A stretch of DNA of 32,000 nt from Vibrio cholerae ATCC 14035 (GCF_000621645.1 NZ_JHXR01000014.1:1-32000); one strand, 5' to 3'; counted from the first letter of the stretch, positions 8,604-17,218 are shown. Numbers and translations are program-made. Notes: generated by a model not told the origin, from the letters alone.

Positions 8604-9203
8604 TTACAAATGTGCGGCAAGGTGTTCGGCCACAAACTTGGCTATCCAAGGCTGCGCTTCAGGTTTGGGGTGTAAACCATCTGCCATCATCCATTCTGGT
8701 TTGAGGATCACTTGCTCAAGAAAGAACGGGATAAGCGGGATAGAAAACTGCTCAGCTAGGCTAGGATAGATCTGGTAAAACGCATCGCTGTACCGTTTGC
8801 CATAGTTAGGTGGGATACGGATCTGCATTAAGATGACTTTTGCGTTTTTAGCTTGGATCTGTTCAATCATGGTGGTGAGGTTATGAGTGACCGTTTGCGG
8901 TGGAAAACCGCGTAAACCGTCGTTGGCTCCTAATTCTATCAGTACGGTATCGGGCTGATGTTGGCTCAGAAGAGAGGGCAGGCGGGCGAGCCCGTTGCCT
9001 GTGGTATCACCAGAAATGCTTCCGTTAACTACGGTAACGGTTTGACCCTGTTCCACTAGCTCTTCGGCCAGTAAACTTGGCCAAGCTTGTTCGATAGGCA
9101 TTTCGTACCCTGCGCTTAAACTGTCGCCGAGTACCAATAACGTTTTACTGCTGGCTGCAGCAGAAAAGAGAACAACAAACAAAAAGGAAAGTAGTCGAGT
9201 CAT
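8604..9203 (-). CDS. tesA: Periplasmic SGNH thioesterase I / lysophospholipase L1 (TesA)
   Basis: Near-colinear with E. coli TesA: GDSLSAGY, ISGDT, ELGANDGLRG, DGLHP. I chose the start at 9203 (MTRLLSFLFVVLFSAAASS, a signal peptide) rather than the tracked 9251, because the 16 extra residues precede the signal peptide. Confidence 0.85.
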   Translation of the reverse strand: MTRLLSFLFVVLFSAAASSKTLLVLGDSLSAGYEMPIEQAWPSLLAEELVEQGQTVTVVNGSISGDTTGNGLARLPSLLSQHQPDTVLIELGANDGLRGFPPQTVTHNLTTMIEQIQAKNAKVILMQIRIPPNYGKRYSDAFYQIYPSLAEQFSIPLIPFFLEQVILKPEWMMADGLHPKPEAQPWIAKFVAEHLAAHL

Positions 9204-9879
9204 GCAAACATCCATCATTTCAGCGCAATCACTATCCAAATTAGTCTCCACTAATCAGGAGCATTTAACAATCCTTAAACAGGTGAATCTCTCGATTCAA
9301 GCGGGAGAAAGTGTGGCGATTGTCGGCGCATCAGGCGCGGGAAAATCGACGCTGATGACGCTACTGGCGGGGTTAGATACGCCAAGTGAAGGGGAAGTGT
9401 ATCTGTTGGGGAAACCGCTTTCACAACTGGATGATGAAGCCCGCGCCGCACTGCGCAGTGAATCCGTTGGGTTTGTGTTCCAAAGTTTTCTGCTTATTCC
9501 GAGCCTGTCGGCGCTGGAAAATGTCACTCTGCCTTGTTTGTTAAAAGGTGAGGCGGAGGATCGCGAGCGCGCCCAGAAGCTGCTCAAAGCGGTCGGTTTG
9601 GAGCATCGAATGCACCATTCGCCCGCACAATTGTCGGGCGGAGAGCAGCAACGCGTAGCGATTGCTCGCGCATTTATGATAAGTCCCCAAGTGCTGTTTA
9701 CTGATGAGCCAACGGGCAATTTGGATCAAGAAACAGCTGCAAAAGTGATTGATTTACTGTTTGAACTGAACCGTGAACACGGCACTACACTAGTGCTGGT
9801 GACGCATGACCCTAAACTCGCGCAGCGTTGTCAGCGACGATTTTTTATGCAAGCGGGTGAGCTGGAGGAGCGCGTATGA
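9202..9879 (+). CDS. ybbA: ABC transporter ATP-binding protein YbbA (LolD/MacB-type)
   Basis: Walker A GASGAGKST, signature LSGGEQQR and Walker B LFTDEPTGNLD. It is colinear with E. coli YbbA and divergent from tesA as in E. coli. Its stop overlaps the ybbP start (ATGA at 9876-9879). Confidence 0.85.
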   Translation: MQTSIISAQSLSKLVSTNQEHLTILKQVNLSIQAGESVAIVGASGAGKSTLMTLLAGLDTPSEGEVYLLGKPLSQLDDEARAALRSESVGFVFQSFLLIPSLSALENVTLPCLLKGEAEDRERAQKLLKAVGLEHRMHHSPAQLSGGEQQRVAIARAFMISPQVLFTDEPTGNLDQETAAKVIDLLFELNREHGTTLVLVTHDPKLAQRCQRRFFMQAGELEERV

Positions 9880-12323
9880 AGGCCTTGCCTCCCGCATCGC
9901 TCAATCGCCGCTTACTGCGTTGGAGCTTAAGTGAAATTCGTCACGGGCAGTTATGGCCGGTGACTGTTGCGCTAACCTTAATCATTGCCTCGATTTTTGC
10001 ATTAACCGCGCTCGCGCAGCGTATGGAACAAGTGATTGTGAAACAAGGGCGTGATGCGTTAACCGCTGATACGGTATTTGTTTCGGGCAACCCACTTCCT
10101 GAGTCCTTATTGACCCTGACCGCGCAGCAAGCTAGTCAAACTTCACAAATGACCCGTTTTGCGACCATGGCCTTTAGCGATCAAGGCATGCAGTTAGTCA
10201 CTGTCAAAGCGGTAGATAGTGCTTATCCACTGCGTGGCGAGATGCGTTTAAGTGATGGTCAGCAAACCTTTAATCATGTGGTGAGCAACCAACTTTGGCT
10301 TGAACCGCGAGTAAAAGATCAGTTAGGGGTGGATATCGGTGACAATGTCACGATTGGTGATGCGGATTTTGTGGTCAGCGGTGAAGTGTTGGAAGAGCCA
10401 GGACTGAGCTTTAACCCATTCCAGCAAATGCCATCGGTTTACATCCATGCCTCTGATGTGGATAAAACTGGCGCGATTCAGCCGGGGAGTCGGGTGCAAT
10501 TTAGCCTATTTATGACTGGTGATGACTCTGCGATTGAATCGATAAAACAACAAGTGAGCTTAACGGCGAGCGATCGCTGGCGTGATCAAGAAAGTGGCAG
10601 CCGTACTAATGAGGTGTTTGCACGCACTCAACAGTACTTATCGCTGACTGTAGCAATTGTGATCTTGATGGCCGCGACCACCTTAGTGCTGACCTGTCAG
10701 CATTACGTTTCCACCCGCACGCATACGATTGCGATGTTAAAAAGTCTCGGAGCAAGTCGCCGCTGGTTACGCCATTGGCTAGCGTTGCAAGTCGGATTGT
10801 TACTGGTATTTGCGGTGGTGTTGGGCAGCGTTATTGGTGTTGGGTTGGAGTCGCTGCTGCGTTTGCCACTAAAAGATTTGTTGCCCGACCCGCTCCCCAG
10901 TTACGGTTTGCGTCCGCTGTGGATTGCACTTGCCAGCAGCTTATTGATTGCGGTGCCAGCTCTGGGGATCCCGCTGGGACGTCTATTGAGCGTGAGTGCG
11001 GTTGCGGTCATGCAGCCGGTGGCGGCGCAAACTCGTTGGCAGCGCAATCTACTGCTGATCATGGTACCGATTGTGCCGCTACTGCTGGTGTATGGGCAAA
11101 ACCAACTGATCTGGATTGTGCTGATCGGTATTGTGGTGCTGTTTGCGGTGTTAGCGGTGGTCAGTGTTTTGGTGACTCGTCTGCTGGCTAAGCTACCGCT
11201 TAATCCTGCGATGGCATTGGCTCTGAGCCGAATTAACCGCTCTGTTGCAGCAAGTGGTTTGCAGTTTGGCGCGTTAGCTCTCTCTTTGATGTTGCTCGCC
11301 ATCATCTGGTTAGTGCGTACCGATTTGCTCTCAGATTGGCAGCGCACCTTGCCGGAAAATGCGCCGAATGCGTTTGCACTCAACATCAGTGAATCCGAAA
11401 AGGCCAGTTACCTTGCGGCATTAGATACAGCAAACATTGAGCGCTCTGCTGCTTATCCCATCATGCGTGGGCGTTTAACGCATATTAACGGTCAAGAGGC
11501 GAAACAATACGCGCAAAATGGTGAAGAGAGTTCAGATGCGCTGCGCCGTGAGCTGAATTTAACCTGGGCAGAGCAGTTACCCGATTACAACCCCATTTTG
11601 CAAGGAGAGTGGCAAAGCCAAAATGGCGTATCGGTTGAGCAGGAAGTGGCGAGCGACCTCGGGCTTAAACTTGGGGATACGCTGACGTTTATGATCAATA
11701 GTCAAACAGTGAGCGCGCAAGTGAACACCATTCGTCAGGTCGAGTGGCGTGAAATGAAGCCCAATTTTTACTTCATTTTTAGTCCGGACGTGGTGCAAAA
11801 CTTGCCAGCCAGTTATTTGATCAGTTTCCGCATTCAGCCCGAACATGATGCGTTGCTCGGTCAGCTCTCACGGCAACACCCGACGGTGAGCTTGATGGAC
11901 ATTCGCACCATGGGAGCCAAAATCCAAGCCTTGTTGACCCAAATTGTTTGGTCTGTGACGGTGTTGGCGGCACTGGGTGTGCTAGCAGGGGTATTGCTGA
12001 TTTTTACTTTGCTGCGCTTAAGCCTCAGTCAGCGTCAGCAGGAGATCCGCCTGTATCGCACGTTAGGGGCGAGTCGCCGCCGAGTTATGCACACCATTTG
12101 GGCTGAGTATGGAGTGATGGCGTTAGTCGGAGGGTTAGTGGCCAGCGTGAGTGCTGATGCAGTCGTCGCTGCGGTCATGAAATGGGGATTTAGCCTGACT
12201 CCGAGTCTGCATATGGCGCTGTGGTTTGTGCTCCCTGCGTTGACTTTTTGCACACTTGCTGCGGTTGTGAGCAGTTTGTTGAAACGCCTGTTAGCCCCCG
12301 TCAATAAAGCCTTCAGCGATTGA
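9876..12323 (+). CDS. ybbP: ABC transporter permease YbbP (fused double FtsX/MacB-type permease)
   Basis: The 815-aa ORF has two copies of the FtsX-type signature (..MLKSLGASRRWL.. and ..LYRTLGASRRRV..). Each is followed by hydrophobic helices and preceded by a large hydrophilic, presumably periplasmic, domain. It is translationally coupled to ybbA. Confidence 0.85.
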   Translation: MKALPPASLNRRLLRWSLSEIRHGQLWPVTVALTLIIASIFALTALAQRMEQVIVKQGRDALTADTVFVSGNPLPESLLTLTAQQASQTSQMTRFATMAFSDQGMQLVTVKAVDSAYPLRGEMRLSDGQQTFNHVVSNQLWLEPRVKDQLGVDIGDNVTIGDADFVVSGEVLEEPGLSFNPFQQMPSVYIHASDVDKTGAIQPGSRVQFSLFMTGDDSAIESIKQQVSLTASDRWRDQESGSRTNEVFARTQQYLSLTVAIVILMAATTLVLTCQHYVSTRTHTIAMLKSLGASRRWLRHWLALQVGLLLVFAVVLGSVIGVGLESLLRLPLKDLLPDPLPSYGLRPLWIALASSLLIAVPALGIPLGRLLSVSAVAVMQPVAAQTRWQRNLLLIMVPIVPLLLVYGQNQLIWIVLIGIVVLFAVLAVVSVLVTRLLAKLPLNPAMALALSRINRSVAASGLQFGALALSLMLLAIIWLVRTDLLSDWQRTLPENAPNAFALNISESEKASYLAALDTANIERSAAYPIMRGRLTHINGQEAKQYAQNGEESSDALRRELNLTWAEQLPDYNPILQGEWQSQNGVSVEQEVASDLGLKLGDTLTFMINSQTVSAQVNTIRQVEWREMKPNFYFIFSPDVVQNLPASYLISFRIQPEHDALLGQLSRQHPTVSLMDIRTMGAKIQALLTQIVWSVTVLAALGVLAGVLLIFTLLRLSLSQRQQEIRLYRTLGASRRRVMHTIWAEYGVMALVGGLVASVSADAVVAAVMKWGFSLTPSLHMALWFVLPALTFCTLAAVVSSLLKRLLAPVNKAFSD

Positions 12324-12343
12324 GCATTGGGGTAAATGGGTTA

Positions 12344-12372
12344 GTTATCCACAAAATCAGTGGATAACTTTT
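12344..12372 (+). terminator. Rho-independent terminator-like hairpin after ybbP
   Basis: GTTATCCAC (12344-12352), loop AAAATCA, GTGGATAAC (12360-12368), then TTTT. It starts 21 nt after the ybbP stop. The stem arms are also DnaA-box matches (see findings). Confidence 0.6.
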
Positions 12373-12711
12373 GGGATAAGTAAAGTAGCGGATGAAGGGG
12401 GTTGGGTTGTCAGCCCCGTAGTGGCCGAGGTTTGCGAGGATCGGTTATTCACAAAGTGGTGAAAAGGGAAAAATGGCAAATCTCAGTCAAGCGTTTTTTT
12501 GACTTTTTTCGGCTAAAAATCCGCTTTGTGAGCCATGAGTGCGTTTGATCAAAAAACCTTATGTTACAGGTTGTTTTTGTTACTTAAGGTCAAATTAGGC
12601 AAGCCATTTGCAGTCACTAAATCGTCAATTTTCTATGGCATGGTAAAACTTGAATCTCTCCCGATAACCGCTTGGGTCGGGAGAAAGGGCATCAAGTGAA
12701 AGGGATCCGCC

Positions 12712-13878
12712 ATGAAAATTGCCATTGCAGGAACGGGGTATGTAGGATTATCGAATGGAATACTGCTTGCTCAACACAATGAAGTGGTCGCATTGGATAT
12801 CGTGGTCAGCCGAGTAGAGCAGCTCAATGATAAGATTTCACCGATCGCCGATCCCGAGATTGAATCTTTTCTACAGCATCAACCCCTTAATTTTCGAGCG
12901 ACTTGCGATAAACGAGACGCCTACCAAGACGCACAGTTTGTCGTGATCGCCACGCCTACCGACTATGACCCACAAACCAATCATTTTGATACACGAACCG
13001 TGGAAGCGGTGATTGATGATGTGTTGGCGATCAATCCACAGGCCATCATGGTGATTAAATCCACTGTGCCTGTGGGTTACACCAAACGCATCAAACAACG
13101 GCTCTGCTGTAACAACCTGATCTTTTCGCCAGAGTTTTTACGCGAAGGGCGTGCCTTGTATGACAACTTATACCCATCTCGGATCATTGTTGGGGAAAAG
13201 TCGGAGCGCGGCCAAGCGTTTGCAACCTTGTTGGCTCAGGGGGCAAAGAAAATGGATATTCCGATTTTGTTGACTCACTCGACCGAAGCTGAAGCGGTCA
13301 AGCTTTTCTCGAACACCTATCTTGCAATGCGTGTATCGTTTTTTAATGAGTTGGATACGTACGCGGAAACCCATGGGTTAGACACCAAACAGATCATCGA
13401 AGGCGTTGGGTTAGATCCTCGCATCGGTAATCATTACAACAATCCTTCTTTTGGTTATGGTGGTTACTGCTTGCCGAAAGACACTCGCCAGTTACTGCGC
13501 AATTTTGAGGATGTACCTAATAACCTGATCCGTGCGATTGTCGATGCCAATACCACACGCAAAGACCATATTGCGTTTTCCATCTTGAACCGCAACCCGA
13601 AAGTGGTTGGTATTTACCGCTTAATCATGAAGTCGGGCTCTGACAATTTTCGAGCTTCATCCATCTTAGGCATCATGAAACGAATCAAGGCACAGGGGGT
13701 TGAAGTGGTGATTTACGAACCTGTGCTCAATGAATCGACCTTTTACGGCTCACCTGTGATTCGCGATCTTGCCCAGTTTAAAGCGATGGCCGAGGTGATA
13801 GTGACCAATCGCCGGGTGGCTGAGCTGGAGGATGTCGCGGAAAAAATCTACACCCGTGACCTGTTTGGTCAGGATTGA
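12712..13878 (+). CDS. ugd: UDP-glucose 6-dehydrogenase
   Basis: The 388-aa ORF has an N-terminal NAD fold [14 protein letters not shown] and a catalytic Cys block GGYCLPKD. Length and layout match E. coli Ugd. Confidence 0.9.
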   Translation: MKIAIAGTGYVGLSNGILLAQHNEVVALDIVVSRVEQLNDKISPIADPEIESFLQHQPLNFRATCDKRDAYQDAQFVVIATPTDYDPQTNHFDTRTVEAVIDDVLAINPQAIMVIKSTVPVGYTKRIKQRLCCNNLIFSPEFLREGRALYDNLYPSRIIVGEKSERGQAFATLLAQGAKKMDIPILLTHSTEAEAVKLFSNTYLAMRVSFFNELDTYAETHGLDTKQIIEGVGLDPRIGNHYNNPSFGYGGYCLPKDTRQLLRNFEDVPNNLIRAIVDANTTRKDHIAFSILNRNPKVVGIYRLIMKSGSDNFRASSILGIMKRIKAQGVEVVIYEPVLNESTFYGSPVIRDLAQFKAMAEVIVTNRRVAELEDVAEKIYTRDLFGQD

Positions 13879-13986
13879 GTGATCGGCCGAGGATAAGTCC
13901 GCGTAAAAAATGTGATTTTATTAACGTTTCATACCCTTTAGAATGGCGACCACATTTCTTAGCCTTGATGTAACAGTAGGTAAAAT

Positions 13987-15420
13987 ATGACATTGCGATC
14001 TCAAGATCCCCGAATTGCTATCATAGGTGGCGGTATTGCTGGTGCGACGGCGGCCGTCCATTTGGGTGAGCTGGGACTCAATGTTGTCCTGATGGAAAAA
14101 AGTGCTGGTTTAGTCAGTGGGCCACCGATTTGTCATCTGCATGCCGGGGGCAATCTCTATCGAGAAATTTCCGAGCAGCAGTGTATCGACCTATTGGAGC
14201 AGTCAATTGAAACGGTACGCCTTTATCCACACACTTTAAATGTTCGCCCAACCTTGATTGCTATCCCGCAATCCGATCCGGGTCAACCCGAAGAAATTCT
14301 GCCGCGCTTAGTGACCATTCAAAACGCGTATCGTAAGTTGGTGGAGCAAGATGCGGCCAATCAAGTGCTTGGCGCAGTCGATAATTACTATCGCTTGTAT
14401 CAGCGTGAAGAGTTAGAGCGTTTGGCGCAGCAGCAACAAGCCAATCCACCGCAAAGCGATGATGAGTGGGTGATTCCGTTTGCTCAGCATGCCGATCTTG
14501 CACAGCTCAAATACCCTGTCGTGTTGGTTCAAGAATACGGTTGGAGTGTGTTTCGCTTAGCAGCCAGCGTCGATCTGACTCTCGAAGCCTTACCCAATTG
14601 CCAAGTGATGTTGCACACTGAACTGGTGGATGCCACGTTTCAAGACAACCAGTGGCGATTGACTTATCTTGATGCGCAAGGGGAGCGCCATACTCAAACT
14701 GTGGATTATCTGGTCAATGCTTGTGGTTTTGAGACCGGACGAGTGGACGATATGGCTCGCCACCACAGACAGCGTTTGGTGGAGTTTAAAGCGGCGTATG
14801 TCACTCACTGGCCTGCATGTCATCAGTGGTGGCCAGAAGTGATTTTCCATGGCCCACGTGGTAGCGAAGATGGCATGGCACAGCTTACCCCTTATGCCGA
14901 TGGCACGTTCCAACTGCATGGCATGACGGAATCCATCACCTTGTTTGCGGATGGTTTGGTCGCCTCGACTCCGACATCCTCGCAGCCACAGTTGCCTGTG
15001 TATCTGCAACACAAGATTGAGCGTGGCTGGCCGATGTCGGCACAAAAAGAGCGCACTATGCGTGCGATACAGCATATGAGCCGCTTTGTGCCCAGTTTTG
15101 ATAATGCGGAGTTTGCGGGTACACCGCTATTTGGTGCGCAGCAGATCCCCGGTGACGATGTGACACTGCGTGCGGCGGACGTCAGTTTTGAAGCCAATCA
15201 GTACGCGAGACTCGAAGTGGTCAAAGGCTCATCGGCGCTGAGAGCCGCTCGCCAATTGGTTGCGGTTTGGCAACTCAAGCCAGATGCTGGTGAGCTATCG
15301 ATTGAGGCTGAGCACCCATGCAGTATGGCCTTTACTGCGCAGCAGGTGGAGCAGAAGGCGATACGCTTATGCCACGCGCGTGGTTATCCTGCCGCGTTAG
15401 CCAAGGTGTATGGGCTTTAA
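13987..15420 (+). CDS. FAD-dependent oxidoreductase (DAO-like), substrate unknown
   Basis: The 477-aa ORF has an N-terminal dinucleotide-binding fold RIAIIGGGIAGATAAVHLGELGLNVVLMEKS. I recognise no further diagnostic motifs. Confidence 0.65.
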   Translation: MTLRSQDPRIAIIGGGIAGATAAVHLGELGLNVVLMEKSAGLVSGPPICHLHAGGNLYREISEQQCIDLLEQSIETVRLYPHTLNVRPTLIAIPQSDPGQPEEILPRLVTIQNAYRKLVEQDAANQVLGAVDNYYRLYQREELERLAQQQQANPPQSDDEWVIPFAQHADLAQLKYPVVLVQEYGWSVFRLAASVDLTLEALPNCQVMLHTELVDATFQDNQWRLTYLDAQGERHTQTVDYLVNACGFETGRVDDMARHHRQRLVEFKAAYVTHWPACHQWWPEVIFHGPRGSEDGMAQLTPYADGTFQLHGMTESITLFADGLVASTPTSSQPQLPVYLQHKIERGWPMSAQKERTMRAIQHMSRFVPSFDNAEFAGTPLFGAQQIPGDDVTLRAADVSFEANQYARLEVVKGSSALRAARQLVAVWQLKPDAGELSIEAEHPCSMAFTAQQVEQKAIRLCHARGYPAALAKVYGL

Positions 15421-15429
15421 AGTCTCAAT

Positions 15430-15470
15430 AACGGAAGTTTTAAAAACGGAAGTTTCAAAAAACGGAAAGG
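15430..15470. repeat. Short tandem repeat AACGGAAGTTTYAAA(A), about 2.6 copies
   Basis: AACGGAAGTTTTAAA (15430-15444), AACGGAAGTTTCAAAA (15445-15460) and the partial copy AACGGAAAGG (15461-15470). It lies in the 51-nt spacer between convergent genes. Confidence 0.8.
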
Positions 15471-15471
15471 A

Positions 15472-16401
15472 TCAGTAACCGAAAAATCGCGCCCACTGAC
15501 ACCACACCGCTTGAAGCCCAGCGAGATCGCCAGCGACAAACCGTACGGAATGTCCCGGCTTGGCTTGCGCTAAACGGGGCAGATCGATTCTCGCTACACA
15601 ACCTAGCTTGGGATACCCGCCAATCGTCTGCCGATCATTGAGCAAAATGATTGGCTGACCATTCGGCGGAACTTGAATCGCCCCCAAGGCAATCCCCTCA
15701 GAGAGAATGGTTTGATCCGGTGGCGATATGGTTTCACCTTGCAAGCGATAGCCCATGCGATCGCTGTTTGGGGTCACGATAAACTCGCTGCGGTAGAAGC
15801 TTTCCATCGCGGATGGTGAAAACGCTTGATATTGGTAACTCTCAATCACGCGCAGTCGCAGAGGTAAGTTGTAATCAGGTCGAAAGCGAAACGTCATCAG
15901 CACCGGTTTCTGGGCAATCTGCTGCGCGGAAAATGCTAAGTCATCACCCGTTTGTAGCGCCAGCCCTTGCGACGTTAGTCCACCTAAGCCTTGCCGAACA
16001 TGGGTAGATACAGAGCCCAGTTGTGGAGAGACCGTAAACCCTCCTTGAACCGCAAGATAGGCGCGTAGCCCGTTGCGTGGTAAACCAAAGCGCAGCGTTT
16101 GTCCTTGCTTGGCATAAAATCGGCTCCAATTGGCGATGGGGCGACCGTCTAGCGTGGCATTGAGATCGCCACCGGCAATCGCCAATTGCGCGTCGCTGCG
16201 TAAAAGAAATTCCGCTGGACCGAGCGTGATTTCTAAGGTGGCGCAATTGACGGTATTGGCGAGTAAATGGTTAGCCCAGCTGTAGGCGTATTCATCGAGA
16301 GGGCCGGAAGGGGTGATCCCGAAATGACTGAACCCATAGCGACCCAAGTCGTGAAGTAGCGTGAGTGGTCCCGCTTTGATCACGTGTAGCTTACCTAGCA
16401 T
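15472..16401 (-). CDS. pxpC: 5-oxoprolinase subunit C (KipA / allophanate hydrolase subunit 2 family)
   Basis: The 309-aa ORF has a family-typical N-terminus (..VIKAGPLTLLHDLGRYGFSHFGITPSGPLDEYA..). It is last in a pxpA-pxpB-pxpC arrangement. AAGGAAGGA lies upstream of the ATG. Confidence 0.8.
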   Translation of the reverse strand: MLGKLHVIKAGPLTLLHDLGRYGFSHFGITPSGPLDEYAYSWANHLLANTVNCATLEITLGPAEFLLRSDAQLAIAGGDLNATLDGRPIANWSRFYAKQGQTLRFGLPRNGLRAYLAVQGGFTVSPQLGSVSTHVRQGLGGLTSQGLALQTGDDLAFSAQQIAQKPVLMTFRFRPDYNLPLRLRVIESYQYQAFSPSAMESFYRSEFIVTPNSDRMGYRLQGETISPPDQTILSEGIALGAIQVPPNGQPIILLNDRQTIGGYPKLGCVARIDLPRLAQAKPGHSVRFVAGDLAGLQAVWCQWARFFGY

Positions 16402-16441
16402 GTTCCTTCCTTATGGAAAATATTCCCTGCTTATTCCTTTG

Positions 16442-16489
16442 TTACCCTAGGCAACTGTTACCTGAGGCAGCTGTTATCTGAGGCAGCTC
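16442..16489. repeat. 3 x 16-nt tandem direct repeat in the pxpB-pxpC spacer
   Basis: TTACCCTAGGCAACTG (16442-16457), TTACCTGAGGCAGCTG (16458-16473) and TTATCTGAGGCAGCTC (16474-16489). Confidence 0.9.
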
Positions 16490-16504
16490 TGGGTGTTGGC
16501 CATC

Positions 16505-17215
16505 TTAAGCTCTGTGGATTGAGTACGGCTCAATCACACCGCCCAACTGAATAAACTCATCACGTTCAATCGAGCGAAATCGCACTTGAGTGCCAATCTG
16601 CCAAGGTGACATCGGCTCTTGTCTCGGGTCAAACAAGGTTTGCGGACAGTTACCGATAATGTTCCAGCCGCCCGGAGAGGCGTTGGGATAAATGGCCGTT
16701 TGTTGCTCGGCAATCCCTACGCTGCCTTTGGGGAGCATTAGGCGCGGGGTAGTGCGTCTGGGGCGGCGCAGCGGCTCGGCGACTTGAGTCATAAAGGCAA
16801 ACCCGGGAGCAAAGCCAATCGCCGCCACCGTGTAAGTCACAGAGGTATGCAACTGAATCACTTCTGCTAATGCAAGCCCTTGTTCCTGATAGCGAATGAG
16901 GTCAAGTCCTACATCAGGATGGTAGTACACGGGGAGCTCAATGAGATTGGCGTTCGCGTGGTTAGCCTGTCGCGGTTGATTAAGCAGTAAAGTCAACTGC
17001 GCCACCAGCTCCTTTTGTGTTAAACGGTAGGGTAAATAATCAATCAGCAAGGTGGTATAAGAGGGAGTGACGTTCATCAGTCCATAGGCCAAACTCTGCA
17101 TGATGTCATGCGCACATTGGCCAATATGCATCGCTAAGGTTGCATCAGCCGGATGCTGAAAGCGCACCAGTATGCTGCCTTCCGCAATCGGCTCAATTTC
17201 AAATGGGATGGACAT
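16505..17215 (-). CDS. pxpB: 5-oxoprolinase subunit B (KipI / allophanate hydrolase subunit 1 family)
   Basis: The 236-aa ORF has a family-typical layout (..VTPSYTTLLIDY.., ..GFAPGFAFM.., ..GSVGIAEQQTAIYP..). It starts 3 nt after the pxpA stop. Confidence 0.8.
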   Translation of the reverse strand: MSIPFEIEPIAEGSILVRFQHPADATLAMHIGQCAHDIMQSLAYGLMNVTPSYTTLLIDYLPYRLTQKELVAQLTLLLNQPRQANHANANLIELPVYYHPDVGLDLIRYQEQGLALAEVIQLHTSVTYTVAAIGFAPGFAFMTQVAEPLRRPRRTTPRLMLPKGSVGIAEQQTAIYPNASPGGWNIIGNCPQTLFDPRQEPMSPWQIGTQVRFRSIERDEFIQLGGVIEPYSIHRA

Positions 17216-17218
17216 GGC

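Noticed and set aside
9204-9251. Longer TesA start (METNLDSDCAEMMDVC…) given by the ORF track
   Set aside because: The extension would bury the signal peptide and would overlap ybbA by 50 nt. Colinearity with E. coli TesA supports the ATG at 9203.
10775-11386. Off-frame ORF (10775-11191, plus) and antisense ORF (10901-11386, minus) inside ybbP
   Set aside because: They lie within the hydrophobic permease region of ybbP. Their Ala/Gly/Cys-rich, motif-free sequences are consistent with frame shadows of a GC-rich membrane-protein gene.
12535-12699. 54-codon ORF (MSAFDQKTLCYRLFLLLKVKLGK…) upstream of ugd
   Set aside because: It has no convincing ribosome-binding site and shows no recognisable signal. 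I kept it only as a remark within the ugd-leader finding.
12324-12711. JUMPstart/ops (GGCGGTAG) antitermination element expected upstream of some polysaccharide genes
   Set aside because: I searched the spacer by eye and found only a poor partial match (GTAGCGG at about 12383-12389). It is not supported.
14590-15197. Two minus-strand ORFs (161 aa and 101 aa) antisense to the FAD oxidoreductase gene
   Set aside because: They have no motifs and no SD, and are entirely embedded in the opposite-strand gene.
16442-16489. Possibility that the tandem repeats (here and at 27771-27862) are CRISPR arrays
   Set aside because: The units are contiguous with no unique spacers, are only 15-16 nt long, and no cas genes are present.
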